From: Candidatus Latescibacterota bacterium
GTDB taxonomy: Bacteria > Latescibacterota > UBA2968 > GCA-2709665
Direction of reading: 5' to 3'
Assembly (NCBI GenBank): GCA_963667175.2
Contig: CAXXXF010000003.1
Span: forward strand, 256,001-320,000
DNA: 64,000 nucleotides
Both the position numbers and the translations under genes were made by a program. Shown here in pieces: positions 30,928 through 41,127 of this stretch (position 1 is the stretch's first letter; each line of letters opens with the position of its first letter). Under the pieces are notes generated by a model. The model did no database searches. It was not told the origin of the DNA and worked only from the letters and a program-made list of their open reading frames with translations.

Positions 30928-31021
30928 CCGCGAAGCAGGGTGACCCTCATCGGGGGAAAGGCAGTGGTCGGGAAAAGCAGTGGCCAGTGATCAGTGGTCA
31001 GTAAAGGCAACGGCCAGTAAA

Positions 31022-31147
31022 GGCGGTGAGAGGGTAGACGGGAGATGATATGAATGCCTCGTGCGGTTTCATTGCTTGCCAAGGGCATAACGGGAAGGTC
31101 ATCCGGGCAAGGATCTCTTCTCCCGTCTAACGTCTTCCGTCTCACCG
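31022..31147. repeat. Long inverted-repeat (MITE-like) element, copy 2
   Basis: CGGTGAGAGGGTAGACGGGAGA ... TCTCCCGTCTAACGTCTTCCGTCTCACCG; shares GCCTCGTGCGGTTTCATT with copy 1. Confidence 0.65.
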
Positions 31148-31600
31148 ATTTCAGGTTTTTCATCTACCGTCCACATGCGGCTTACCGCCGTCGGGCGACC
31201 TCTCCCCCCGTCCCCCTCTCCCAGGGGGAGAGGGGGAGAACAGCAGGCGTTTCGCCATCAAGAGACTTCGCGTGTGGTTGTTGCGTCACTCGAAGCGTGT
31301 TCAGCAGGCGACAATTCCCCCCTTCCCCCCGGGAAGGGGGAAAGGGGGTAGGTCTGGGAGGCGGTGAGAGGGGGAGAAAACCGGGCGAGGGTATCGACTA
31401 TCACTCCCCCCTTGGGGGGGAGTCGGCAAGGCAAGGGCGCCAGCCCGAAGGCGCGCCGGTGGGGGGCGTTTCCGCAACCATCCATATAAATTCCGTTTTC
31501 TGAACACAGAGGTTGACGCAAGCCGTAACCGACAACTGTCGCAAAATGCGTCACCTGATCTCGCACGCAAACCGCTCTCCATACAATAGGAGGTCTCGCC

Positions 31601-34600
31601 ATGAATAATAAAAGAAAAGTCGTCATCGGGTTGCTGATCGCGATGGGCGTTGTCTTCGCGGGCGCCGGGTCCGTTTCCGCGCAGACCGCTGCGGACGCGG
31701 ATTTTGACGACAGCGGCGAGGTGGGCTTTCAGGACTTCCTGCTGTTTGCCGCGAAGTTCGGGCTGAGCCAGGGCGACGCGGATTACGACGCCAGGTTCGA
31801 CCTGGACGGCAGCGGCGCGGTGGGGTTTGCGGATTTCCTCGCGTTCGCGCGGCTGTTCGGCGAGACTGTGCCCGTGCCTGCGCTGGCGCTGACCGGGATC
31901 GCGCCGTCGGAAGGGATGCCCGGAACGCTGATCGAGCTGGTGGGGCAGTTCGACGCCGATACGGCGTATCAGGTGAAATTCGGCACGGTCTTGTTGCCGG
32001 CGTTCGCGCAGAACGCGGAGCGGATGACCGCCATGGTACCCGTGTTGGAAAGCGGGTCCGTGCCGGTGCTCGTGGTTGACCCGTCTGGCCGGGAGTCTGA
32101 GCCCACGTCGTTTGAGGTGCTGGCGCTCCCCGAGCCGCGGATGAACCCCGAGCAACTGCAACAGGCGGTGTCGGGGGTCGGGGACGGCATCGGAAACGTG
32201 CTGGCGCCGTTGACCGCGCCGGACAGTCTGTTCAGCGCGGCGGACGCGGCGATGATCAAGGATGAAATGGATAAGCTGAACGCGGCGTGGGGCATCCTGG
32301 GGCAGCGGATCGAGGCGCTGCCGCCGGAGGACGCGGCGCTGTTGACGCATCTTCTGGACAACAGCGGGGCGTTGGGCATTCTGGAGGGTCTGGGAACAAT
32401 CGACCTGAGCGCGTCGAAGGCGGTGGGGCCGGGCGCCGCCTTCGGTCATCAGAAGTTATTCCAGGCGGACGTGGTGAGCTTTCTGATGGGGAACGCCAGC
32501 GCCGCGACTTCAGTGGCCACGGTGATCGCGGCGGTGGTGCCCGGCGGGCAGGCCCTGGTCCCGATTCTGGCGGCCATCGACGCCGTCAGCGGCGCGACGA
32601 AAGCGGTCATCGACGCGATCTTCCCAACGGATCTGGAGAACCTCAGGGTCGAAATATCTCCGACGCCGGTGCCGGTGGAGGGCACGTCCGACGTGTCGTA
32701 TTATGGGGACTTTGTCACGGAGAGCGACGCCATCAGCGCGCTGGGGGGAAAATTGCTGGAGGACGCCGTAGAGGAACTGTTGGAAAGCTTCCTCAAGATA
32801 CCGAAGGTGTCCGAGGCCGCGGCGGAGGAAATCGTGGGCTTCGTCTCCGGCATCCTGTCGGCTGCGGGTATGAAGGGATTCGATTGGATCACGGGCGGCG
32901 CAACGATAAGCCCCGCGCTGAAGGACGTGCCATTGGATATGTCGGTGTATCGACTCAGCGTATTCGATCTCCTGCAGGTCATACCGACGTTGCCTGGCAA
33001 AGAGACGGCGGACGCGATCGAGTATCTGCTGGGAAAGGCCGGGATCGACGTGACGTTCTTCGATCCGGTGGTGGTCGAGAACGAGGCGGTGGCGGCGTAC
33101 GACAGGCTGAATGCTCGGCTGACGGGAAAGAGGTCGGGCGCGACGCGGCTGACGGTTCGGGCAATACGATTTGTGGAGTGGGACTCCTGGTGGAATTGGC
33201 TCGGTGTCTGCAAGTGGGAGACGGTCGGGCCCGTGTATCCGAACGTCAACGTCGGGACGATGGCAACCAGCTCTCCCTTCTATCTGGATGACCAAAACGA
33301 CCGTCCGAGAGGTATCACGTATGCCAACAACCGGTTCTACGTGATTGGTGGCAAGGTCTATGCGTATACGGCTGCGGGTCAGCGTGACGCGGCTTCAGAC
33401 TTCTATATGGATCACGTGTTTCGGCGAGGTATCACGTATGCCGATGACAGATTCTTCGTCTTAGGTCACGATAAGGTCCACGCGTATATGAATTCAGGTC
33501 AGCGTGACGCGGCTTCAGACTTCGATCTGGATGACGACTACGAATCTCTCGAAAAGATCACGTATGCCAACGACCGACTCTACGTCGTTGCTGAGCCCAA
33601 AAAGTTACATACGGAATACGAAAGGAAGTTGTACGCGTACACGGTTTCGGGTCAGCGTGACGCGGCTTCAGACGTCGAACTGCTTAGACCAAATGCTCTC
33701 CCGTTCGGAATTGGGATTACGTATGGCGCCAGTGATACGTACGGTATCACGTACGTCAATAACCGATTCTTTCTCGTACGTCGCGACAAGGTCTACGCGT
33801 ACACGAATTCGGGTCAACGTGACGCGGCTTCAGACTTCGATCTGGATTTCCGGATCACCCATTTTGTTTCCGCCGTATATCCGCGAGGGATCACGTCTGC
33901 GAACAACCGATTCTATGTCCTCGAAGACTCCACCCATATCGATGCAGACCCCAATGACAGGGTCGGCGTATACGAGTATTCCGGCCGGTTTCGTCCGAGT
34001 CCCGACCTGATTGTGAATACGTCCGTCAGAGAAAAGGCCCTGGCGCCAGGGCAATCCTTCACACTCTCGGCAACTGTGAAGAACGTCGGGGACGCGCAAG
34101 CGTCTTCCACAACGTTGCGCTACGTTCGTTCCGATGATTGGTCTATTTCCCAGGACGACACGCAGGGTGGCTCGGCCGCCGTAGGCGTTCTCGATCCATT
34201 GGACACGAGCCCCGTGAACGTCACCCTGACTGCGCCGTCGACAGCGGGAACGTATTATTACTGGGCGCATGCAGACGTGTTGGAACAGGAAGAAATCGAG
34301 TACAACAATTACTCGGAGGTCGCGCAGGTCTCCGTTTACGATGTTGGCACGCCCACGAGCACGGACTTTGAACTGGCGAACAACAACAGTCCCTCCAGTA
34401 TCACGTATGCCAACGACCGATTTTACGTCGCAGATTTGGAGGATGGGAAGATTTACGCGTACACGGTTTCGGGTCAGCGTGATACGGCTGCAGACTTCAA
34501 GTTGGAGCCGCACGTCGTGCCGCTTGGTATCACGTACGCCAATAGGCGATTCTACGTCGCGGATGTCTCCGGAGGCAAGGTCTACGCGTACACGGTTTCG

Positions 34601-35788
34601 GGTCAGCGTGACGCGTCTGCAGACTTCGCGGTGAGTGACAGTGCGCTCACCGGGATTACGTATGCCAACGACCGATTCTTTGTCGTTCATGCCTCGGATG
34701 ATAAGGTCTATGCGTACACGGGATCGGGGCAGCGTGACGCGGATTCAGACTTCGAGCTGGATGGCGACTTTTCGCCGTTTGGTCTCACGTATGCCAACGA
34801 TCGATTCTATGTCGCAAAAAAGCGGTGGGACAGTCGTCGTGGGAATGTGACGGTCTATGCGTACACGAGTTCGGGGCAACGTGACCCGGATTCAGACTTC
34901 ACGCCGAGGCATTGGAGTATTTCCCCTTTTCTTGGAGGTCTCACGTATGCCAATGGCCGATTCTACGTCATCACGACCATCGACAGGTATGGGCGTGGCT
35001 CTAGAGATTTTTCGGGAGCCGGCAGTTGGAGTGCCGAAGTGTTCGGAACTTCAGGAGGTTCGTTCTTTCTGGATATTAACGATGATCCAGTGAGTATCGC
35101 GTATGGCAACAATCGATTCAACGTCTTAGAATCCGTAGGAAAAGTCTATACGTACAAGAGTTCGGGGCAGCGTGACCCGGATTCAGATTTCGAGTTGATC
35201 GATAGCCATTCGGGCATGACGCATGCCAACAATCGATTCTACGTCGTCACCCGTGACGACAGGGGCCGCGGTTTTGCGTACGTATACACGAGTTCGGGCG
35301 AGCGTGACGAGGCTTCAGATTTCAAACTGTCTCATGGCGGGTTTTCTAGTATCACGTATGCTAGTATCACGTATGCCGACAACCGATTCTACGTCGTCGG
35401 TTAGCCTGATTCGGATGGCAACAGACGGTATGGTACGTATACGCGTTCCGGAGAGGTTCTTGAAGTGGATCCGGACACCGATCTGGCAAGAAAGATGGCC
35501 CGCATTTCGGGGAGAATCGCTTATGGAAACAACCGATTCTACGTTGCGGATGCCGCCGGAGGCAAGATCTACGCGTACGCGAGTTCTGGTGAGCGTGACG
35601 AGGCTTCAGACATCGATGTGATTGGTACTCCTTCCTGCATGACGTATGCCAACAACCGACTATACGTTGTCGTTTCGCGTACTCGTCAACGTCGCCTTCC
35701 TCAACTTGCTCCCGGCGATGGTTTCCCTCAACTCAGCGCAGATTATCGCTATGATGTCGTCGAGGTGCACACGCTTTCCGGGAAGTAG
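31601..35788 (+). CDS. Array protein E: paralog of C, interrupted by one in-frame TAG at 35402-35404 (truncated allele or readthrough)
   Basis: ORFs 31601-35404 and 35465-35788 are in the same frame; sequence after the TAG continues the same repeats and ends TLSGK* like TLSGQ* of C. Confidence 0.82.
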
Positions 35789-36271
35789 CCTCGAAGCGGG
35801 GGAACCCTCGCCGCCCAACACCCCGGAGGGGAAAGGCAGTGGTTAGTGGCCAGTGGTCAGTAAAAGGCGGTGATCAGCTTGAAGCAAAAGCGAACCACCC
35901 ATCCGCCCCGCAGACCTCTCCCCCCAACCCCCTCTCCCAGGGGGAGAGGGAGCAGAACCGGGCGTATATCAAGCGATGACAGTTCCCCCCTTCCCCCCGG
36001 GAAGGGGGAAAGGGGGTAGGTCTGGGAGGCGGTGAGAGGGGGAGAAAACCGGGGCGAGGGTATCGACTATCACTCCCCCCTTGGGGGGGAGTCGGCAAGG
36101 CAAGGGCGCCAGCCCGAAGGCGCGCCGGTGGGGGGCGTTTCCGCAACCATCCATATAAATTCCGTTTTTTGAATGAGCGTAGCGTTACGCAGGCCGTAGT
36201 CGACAACTGTCGCAAAATGCATCACCTGATCTCGCACGTAAATCGCAGCGCATACAACAGGAGATCTCGTC

Positions 36272-39200
36272 ATGAACAAGAAGGCAGGATTTGTCATCGG
36301 GTTGCTGATAACGATGGGCGTTGTCTTCGCGGGCGCCGGGTCCGTTTCCGCGCAGACCGCTACGGACGCGGATTTTGACGACAGCGGCGACGTCGGGTTT
36401 GGGGACTTCGTGCTGTTTGCCGCGAAGTTCGGGCTGAGCCAGGGCGACGCCAATTACGACGCCAGATTCGACCTCGACGACAGCGGCGACGTGGGGTTCG
36501 CGGACTTTGTCGCGTTCGCGCGGTTATTCGGCGAGACCGTGCCCCTGCCCCCGCTGGCGCTGACCGGGATCGCGCCTGCGGAAGGGATGCCCGGAACGCT
36601 GATCGAACTTGTGGGGCAATTTGACGCCGATACGGCGTATCAGGTAAAATTCGGGACGGTCTTGTTGCCGGTGGACGCGCAAGACGCGGAGCGGATGACC
36701 GCCATGGTACCCGTGTTGGAAAGCGGGTCCGTGCAAGTGCGCGTGGTCGAGGCGTCGGGCCGGGAATCCGAGCCGACGTCGTTTCGGGTGCTGGCCCTGC
36801 CGGCGCCGCGGATGAACGCCGAGCAGTTGCGGCAGACCGTTGCGGACGTGGGGAAAGGCATCGGGAACGCGTTTGTGCCGTTGACGGGCGCCGGCGAGGT
36901 TTTCAACGCGGCGGACGCGGCGCTGTTCAACCGGGAGATGGGCAAGCTGAACGCGACGTGGGGCGTCATCGGGGAGCGGATCGCGGCGCTGCCGCCGGAG
37001 GAGGCGGCTTTGTTGTCGAACCTTCTGGACAACAGCGGCGCCCTGGGGATTCTGGAGGGCCTGGGAAAAATCGACCTGAGCGCGTCGAAGGTGGCAGCGG
37101 ACGCCGACGTTCTGTTGCATCACCTGTTTTATCAGCTGGATCTGATCAGCTTTGCGCTGGGCAACGTCACGGCCGTCCTTGACGTGGTGACCGTCGTCAG
37201 CGCGGTTGCCGCCGTGACCGGGGTCGGGACGCTTGTGTCGGGTCTGTCGGCGGTCACCAGCATCACCCTCTCTTTGACGCAAGTTGCGATAAACTCGTTC
37301 ATTCCAACGGACTTGAAAGAGCTTGAGGTGGAAATAGCGCAGACCCCGGTGCCGGAGAGGGGCCGGTCCGACGTCGCGTTTTTCGGGGTCTTCAAGACGG
37401 AGAATGACGCGGGGGTGGGCGGGGTGGCGAGCGTGACGTTAAATGCGGCCATCAGCAAACTATTGGAAAAGTACATCAAGTCGGAGGAGATGGCGGATGA
37501 GGCGGCGCATGCCATTGAAAATTACGTCAGAGGCGTCTACTCGCAGGTCTTTGGGGATGCGGTAGGTAGTCTCGTGAAGATTGAGTTGTCGGATCTGGAT
37601 TCCGAGCTTCGCGTGCGGTTGGATATGGGGATCTACCGCAAAGGTCTGTTGGACACCATCTTTGATGTCGTGCCGGTGATCGGGACCGCAATAGGCTCGT
37701 TGCTGGAAAAGCTCGGCATTGACCCGACGTATCATGAACCGGTGACGGTTCAGGATACGGACGTGGCGACGTATCAACCGAGGACGGATCAACTTGAGGG
37801 GATCAAAGCGGGCAAGACACTGCTGACGGTGCGGGCGTACCGGTTCGAGGAGTACGCGATTACCGTTGTTATTCCCTTTACGGATCACACGGTTACGTTG
37901 GCCAGTATCTGGAAACCGGCGGGGGTGGCGACGCAGGCGCCGTTTGAAGTGACCCGATCGTTCAACTTTCAGGGGATCGCCCATGATGATAGGGACGGCG
38001 ATTTCTATACGCTTCACGCGGCCGAAGGGCGTGGCGGCGGCGTCTGGGGCGCGCACAAGAAGCCGGATGGTTCCTGGGAGTATAACGAGCTTTTCAACCT
38101 GTCAACCGTTGGACATTTAACCGGATCTCAGAGGGAGCAGGACAGGCGTGTTTCGTTGCCGCTTGGCATCACGTTCGGCAGCACGGGTCAGTCTAACCGG
38201 CAGCTGTACGTGGTTGGGATGGAGACCGTCGGGGAAGGGGAGGCCGCGAAATACGTCGCGGCGCTGTTTAATTATATGAGCACCAGGGATAACCCCAGTG
38301 ACAAGTGGGGCGAATGGCAGCAGAGAGCCGTCTATACGCTGCCCGGTGAAAACGTCGCGCCGTTTGGCGTCGCCTTTGTCAACGGCCACTTTCACGTGGT
38401 GGACGCGGAGGCATTGCGGGTCTACGCGTATACCGCGTCCGGTTCGGGCTTGAACCTGCAGCGTGACAGGACCTTCAATCTGGTTTCGGACAATGGTTTT
38501 CCCGGAGGCATCACGTACGCCGACGGGCGCTTCTACGTGGTGGACCTGGAGGACGAAAGGATCTACGCGTACGCGCGCTCCGGAGATTCGTGGGCGCATG
38601 ACGCCTTGTCAGATTTCAAACTGGACAACGACAACAGCCATCCGAGCGGTATCACGGTTGCCAACGGCCTGCTCCACGTGGTCAACTCGGGCGACGGGAA
38701 GATCCACGAGTACGGACCGAATCCGGTTGTGGAATCGCTTGCGGCCGACGACAGCACCCTGACCACGGGAAGGACGCTCACGCTGCGGGCCGTGATTCGC
38801 AACCGGGGCATTGCGGCGGGGCCTTCGGGCACGTTGCGGGTTTACCGACGCACCCATACACGAATGGCGGGTACCGAGTGGTGGAATCCTGGACGTGCGA
38901 TGGAAATCGCCACGAACGACTTCAACGGTCTCAAGCCGGGAGAAGCAAGGGCCCAAACGATCGACCTGGGGGCGCCGAAAGAAGGGAGGTACGATTACTA
39001 CGCGTGCGTGACGGACGACGAAGGCGCGGATCGCAATTGCTCGAAGGAGGTGGGCGTGTCGGTTGTGTTCGGCGGCGCGCCGGCGCCCGAGGGCGTTGCG
39101 GTCTATCGTCTGGACCCTGACAACGGTCTTCCGGCGGGTGTCACCTCTGCCGAGGGCGAATTCTACGTGGTGGACGCGGATTCCACGGTCTACGCGTATG

Positions 39201-40771
39201 ACTCCAGCTGGAACCGGGCTTCGAGTTCAGACTTCAAACTGACCGCCGCCAACGGTTTCCCGGAAGGGATCGCCGCTGCCGCCGGCCGATTCTACGTGGT
39301 TGACCGGGGCAGTCCTCGCGTTGCAAACAACAAGGTCTTCGTGTATGCCGGTTCCGGAACGTCGGCGTCTCAGGGCTTTTCGTTGCGGACGGGCGCCCCG
39401 CCGCGGGGTGTGGTCTATGCCGATGGGCGGTTCCGCGTGGTTCATTCGGACCGGAGAGCGCTCGTCTCCGCTTTTGCGTACGATTCCGGCGGGTTTCGGA
39501 ACCTGTCCGATGAATTCCCGCTCGAAGAAGACAACGACGCTCCGGCGGGCATCGCCTACGCCGACGGCCTCTTCTTCGTGGTTGACAGCGAGTTTGAGAA
39601 AGTCTACGCGTACGACGGTTCCGGGATGCACAAGCCGACGCTGGACTTCGCGCTGCATTCCTCGAATGCCGACCCGTCCGGTATCGCGTACGCCAACAAC
39701 CGGTTCTACGTGGTCGACGCGAGGGACTCGCTGGTCTACAGGTATCCGAAGCCCGAAAAGCCGGACCTGACTGTGGAATCGCTCGTAGCCAGCGCCGACA
39801 CGCTGGCCCCGGGGGAGGCCTTCACGCTGATCGCGACGGTGAAGAACGTCGGAAACGCGGCCTCGGACGCGACGACGCTGCGCGGTTCCGCTGGCGGCGG
39901 GGAATTCGTGGTCGAGTCGATACGCAGACTGACCAACCGCAGTTATGGCGAAATCGACCCCGCGTGGTCTCCCGATGGTCGGCACATCGCCTTCGCATAC
40001 GAACCGGCCGACGGCAGCATTTCCTCGAACCGCCACAAACTCTACGTGATGGAATCGGACGGAAGCAATCCACGCATCCTGACAAACGACCCTGCGGGGT
40101 CCATCCAACCCGCGTGGTCGCCCGATGGCCGGCGCATCGCCTTCGCATCCAATCGCGACGGCAACTGGGATATCTACGTGATGGAATCGGACGGAAGCAA
40201 TCCACGAAACCTCACAAACTACGTTGCCGGACGCGAAGAGTACCCCGCGTGGTCTCCCGATGGCCGGCACATCGCCTTCGCATCCAATCGCGACGACAAC
40301 AATGATATCTACGTGATGGAATCGGACGGAAGCAATCCACGAAACCTCACAAACAACGCGAACGCTACCGGAGACTCCCGTTCGTATATACCCGCGTGGT
40401 CTCCCGATGGCCGGCACATCGCCTTCGAATCCTGGCGCGACGGCAACTATGATATCTACGTGATGGAATCGGACGGAAGCAATCCACGAAACCTCACAAA
40501 CGACCGCAGTGCGGGGTACCGGGACCCCGCGTGGTCGCCCGATGGCCGGCACATTGCCTTCGTATCCTATAGCGACGCCTACGGCTTTGATATCTCCGTG
40601 ATGGGATCGGATGGAAGCAATCCACGCAACCTGACAAACACAAACAGCTGGACCGAAATCGAAGTGTCGCCCACGTGGTCTCCCGATGGCCGGCACATCG
40701 CCTTCGACAAACGGAGCAACGGCTCTGCTTCCGCTATCTACGTGATCACGTTTCAGCGCGGCGGGCAATAG
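36272..40771 (+). CDS. Array protein F: signal peptide, dockerin-like, IPT/TIG, helical region, NHL-like propellers, CARDB, truncated CARDB, PD40 propeller
   Basis: 1499 aa; mosaic of modules seen in B, C and A/D; ends RGGQ. Confidence 0.9.
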   Translation: MNKKAGFVIGLLITMGVVFAGAGSVSAQTATDADFDDSGDVGFGDFVLFAAKFGLSQGDANYDARFDLDDSGDVGFADFVAFARLFGETVPLPPLALTGIAPAEGMPGTLIELVGQFDADTAYQVKFGTVLLPVDAQDAERMTAMVPVLESGSVQVRVVEASGRESEPTSFRVLALPAPRMNAEQLRQTVADVGKGIGNAFVPLTGAGEVFNAADAALFNREMGKLNATWGVIGERIAALPPEEAALLSNLLDNSGALGILEGLGKIDLSASKVAADADVLLHHLFYQLDLISFALGNVTAVLDVVTVVSAVAAVTGVGTLVSGLSAVTSITLSLTQVAINSFIPTDLKELEVEIAQTPVPERGRSDVAFFGVFKTENDAGVGGVASVTLNAAISKLLEKYIKSEEMADEAAHAIENYVRGVYSQVFGDAVGSLVKIELSDLDSELRVRLDMGIYRKGLLDTIFDVVPVIGTAIGSLLEKLGIDPTYHEPVTVQDTDVATYQPRTDQLEGIKAGKTLLTVRAYRFEEYAITVVIPFTDHTVTLASIWKPAGVATQAPFEVTRSFNFQGIAHDDRDGDFYTLHAAEGRGGGVWGAHKKPDGSWEYNELFNLSTVGHLTGSQREQDRRVSLPLGITFGSTGQSNRQLYVVGMETVGEGEAAKYVAALFNYMSTRDNPSDKWGEWQQRAVYTLPGENVAPFGVAFVNGHFHVVDAEALRVYAYTASGSGLNLQRDRTFNLVSDNGFPGGITYADGRFYVVDLEDERIYAYARSGDSWAHDALSDFKLDNDNSHPSGITVANGLLHVVNSGDGKIHEYGPNPVVESLAADDSTLTTGRTLTLRAVIRNRGIAAGPSGTLRVYRRTHTRMAGTEWWNPGRAMEIATNDFNGLKPGEARAQTIDLGAPKEGRYDYYACVTDDEGADRNCSKEVGVSVVFGGAPAPEGVAVYRLDPDNGLPAGVTSAEGEFYVVDADSTVYAYDSSWNRASSSDFKLTAANGFPEGIAAAAGRFYVVDRGSPRVANNKVFVYAGSGTSASQGFSLRTGAPPRGVVYADGRFRVVHSDRRALVSAFAYDSGGFRNLSDEFPLEEDNDAPAGIAYADGLFFVVDSEFEKVYAYDGSGMHKPTLDFALHSSNADPSGIAYANNRFYVVDARDSLVYRYPKPEKPDLTVESLVASADTLAPGEAFTLIATVKNVGNAASDATTLRGSAGGGEFVVESIRRLTNRSYGEIDPAWSPDGRHIAFAYEPADGSISSNRHKLYVMESDGSNPRILTNDPAGSIQPAWSPDGRRIAFASNRDGNWDIYVMESDGSNPRNLTNYVAGREEYPAWSPDGRHIAFASNRDDNNDIYVMESDGSNPRNLTNNANATGDSRSYIPAWSPDGRHIAFESWRDGNYDIYVMESDGSNPRNLTNDRSAGYRDPAWSPDGRHIAFVSYSDAYGFDISVMGSDGSNPRNLTNTNSWTEIEVSPTWSPDGRHIAFDKRSNGSASAIYVITFQRGGQ

Positions 40772-41127
40772 CCGCGAAGCAGGGTGAAAATCATCCGGGG
40801 AAAGGCAGTGGTCAGAAAAAGCAGCAATCAGCGGTCAGCATTCAGCCATCAGTTTGAAGCAAAAGCGAACCACCCACCCGCCCCGCAGACCTCTCCCCCC
40901 GTCCCCCTCTCCCAGGGGGAGACGGGGAGAACAGCAGGCGTTTCGCCATCAAGAGACTTCGCCTGTGGTTTGTGCATCAATCGAAGCGCGTTCGGCTGGC
41001 GACAGTTCCCCCCTTCCCCCCGGGAAGGGGGATAGGTCTGGGAGGCGTTGAGACGGGAGAGGACTGCACCGCTGAGATCGGATAACGAAATGGCATGGCG
41101 ATGTCAATTTATGGAGACAATAACGCA

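Noticed and set aside
35402-35404. Pyrrolysine or genome-wide TAG recoding
   Set aside because: TAG is the normal stop of all six cassette genes and others here, and no pyl genes are present.
15520-41090. CRISPR array or integron attC cassette array
   Set aside because: Repeats are not regularly spaced with unique 30-40 bp spacers, and no cas genes, integron integrase or clear attC R'/R'' boxes were seen.
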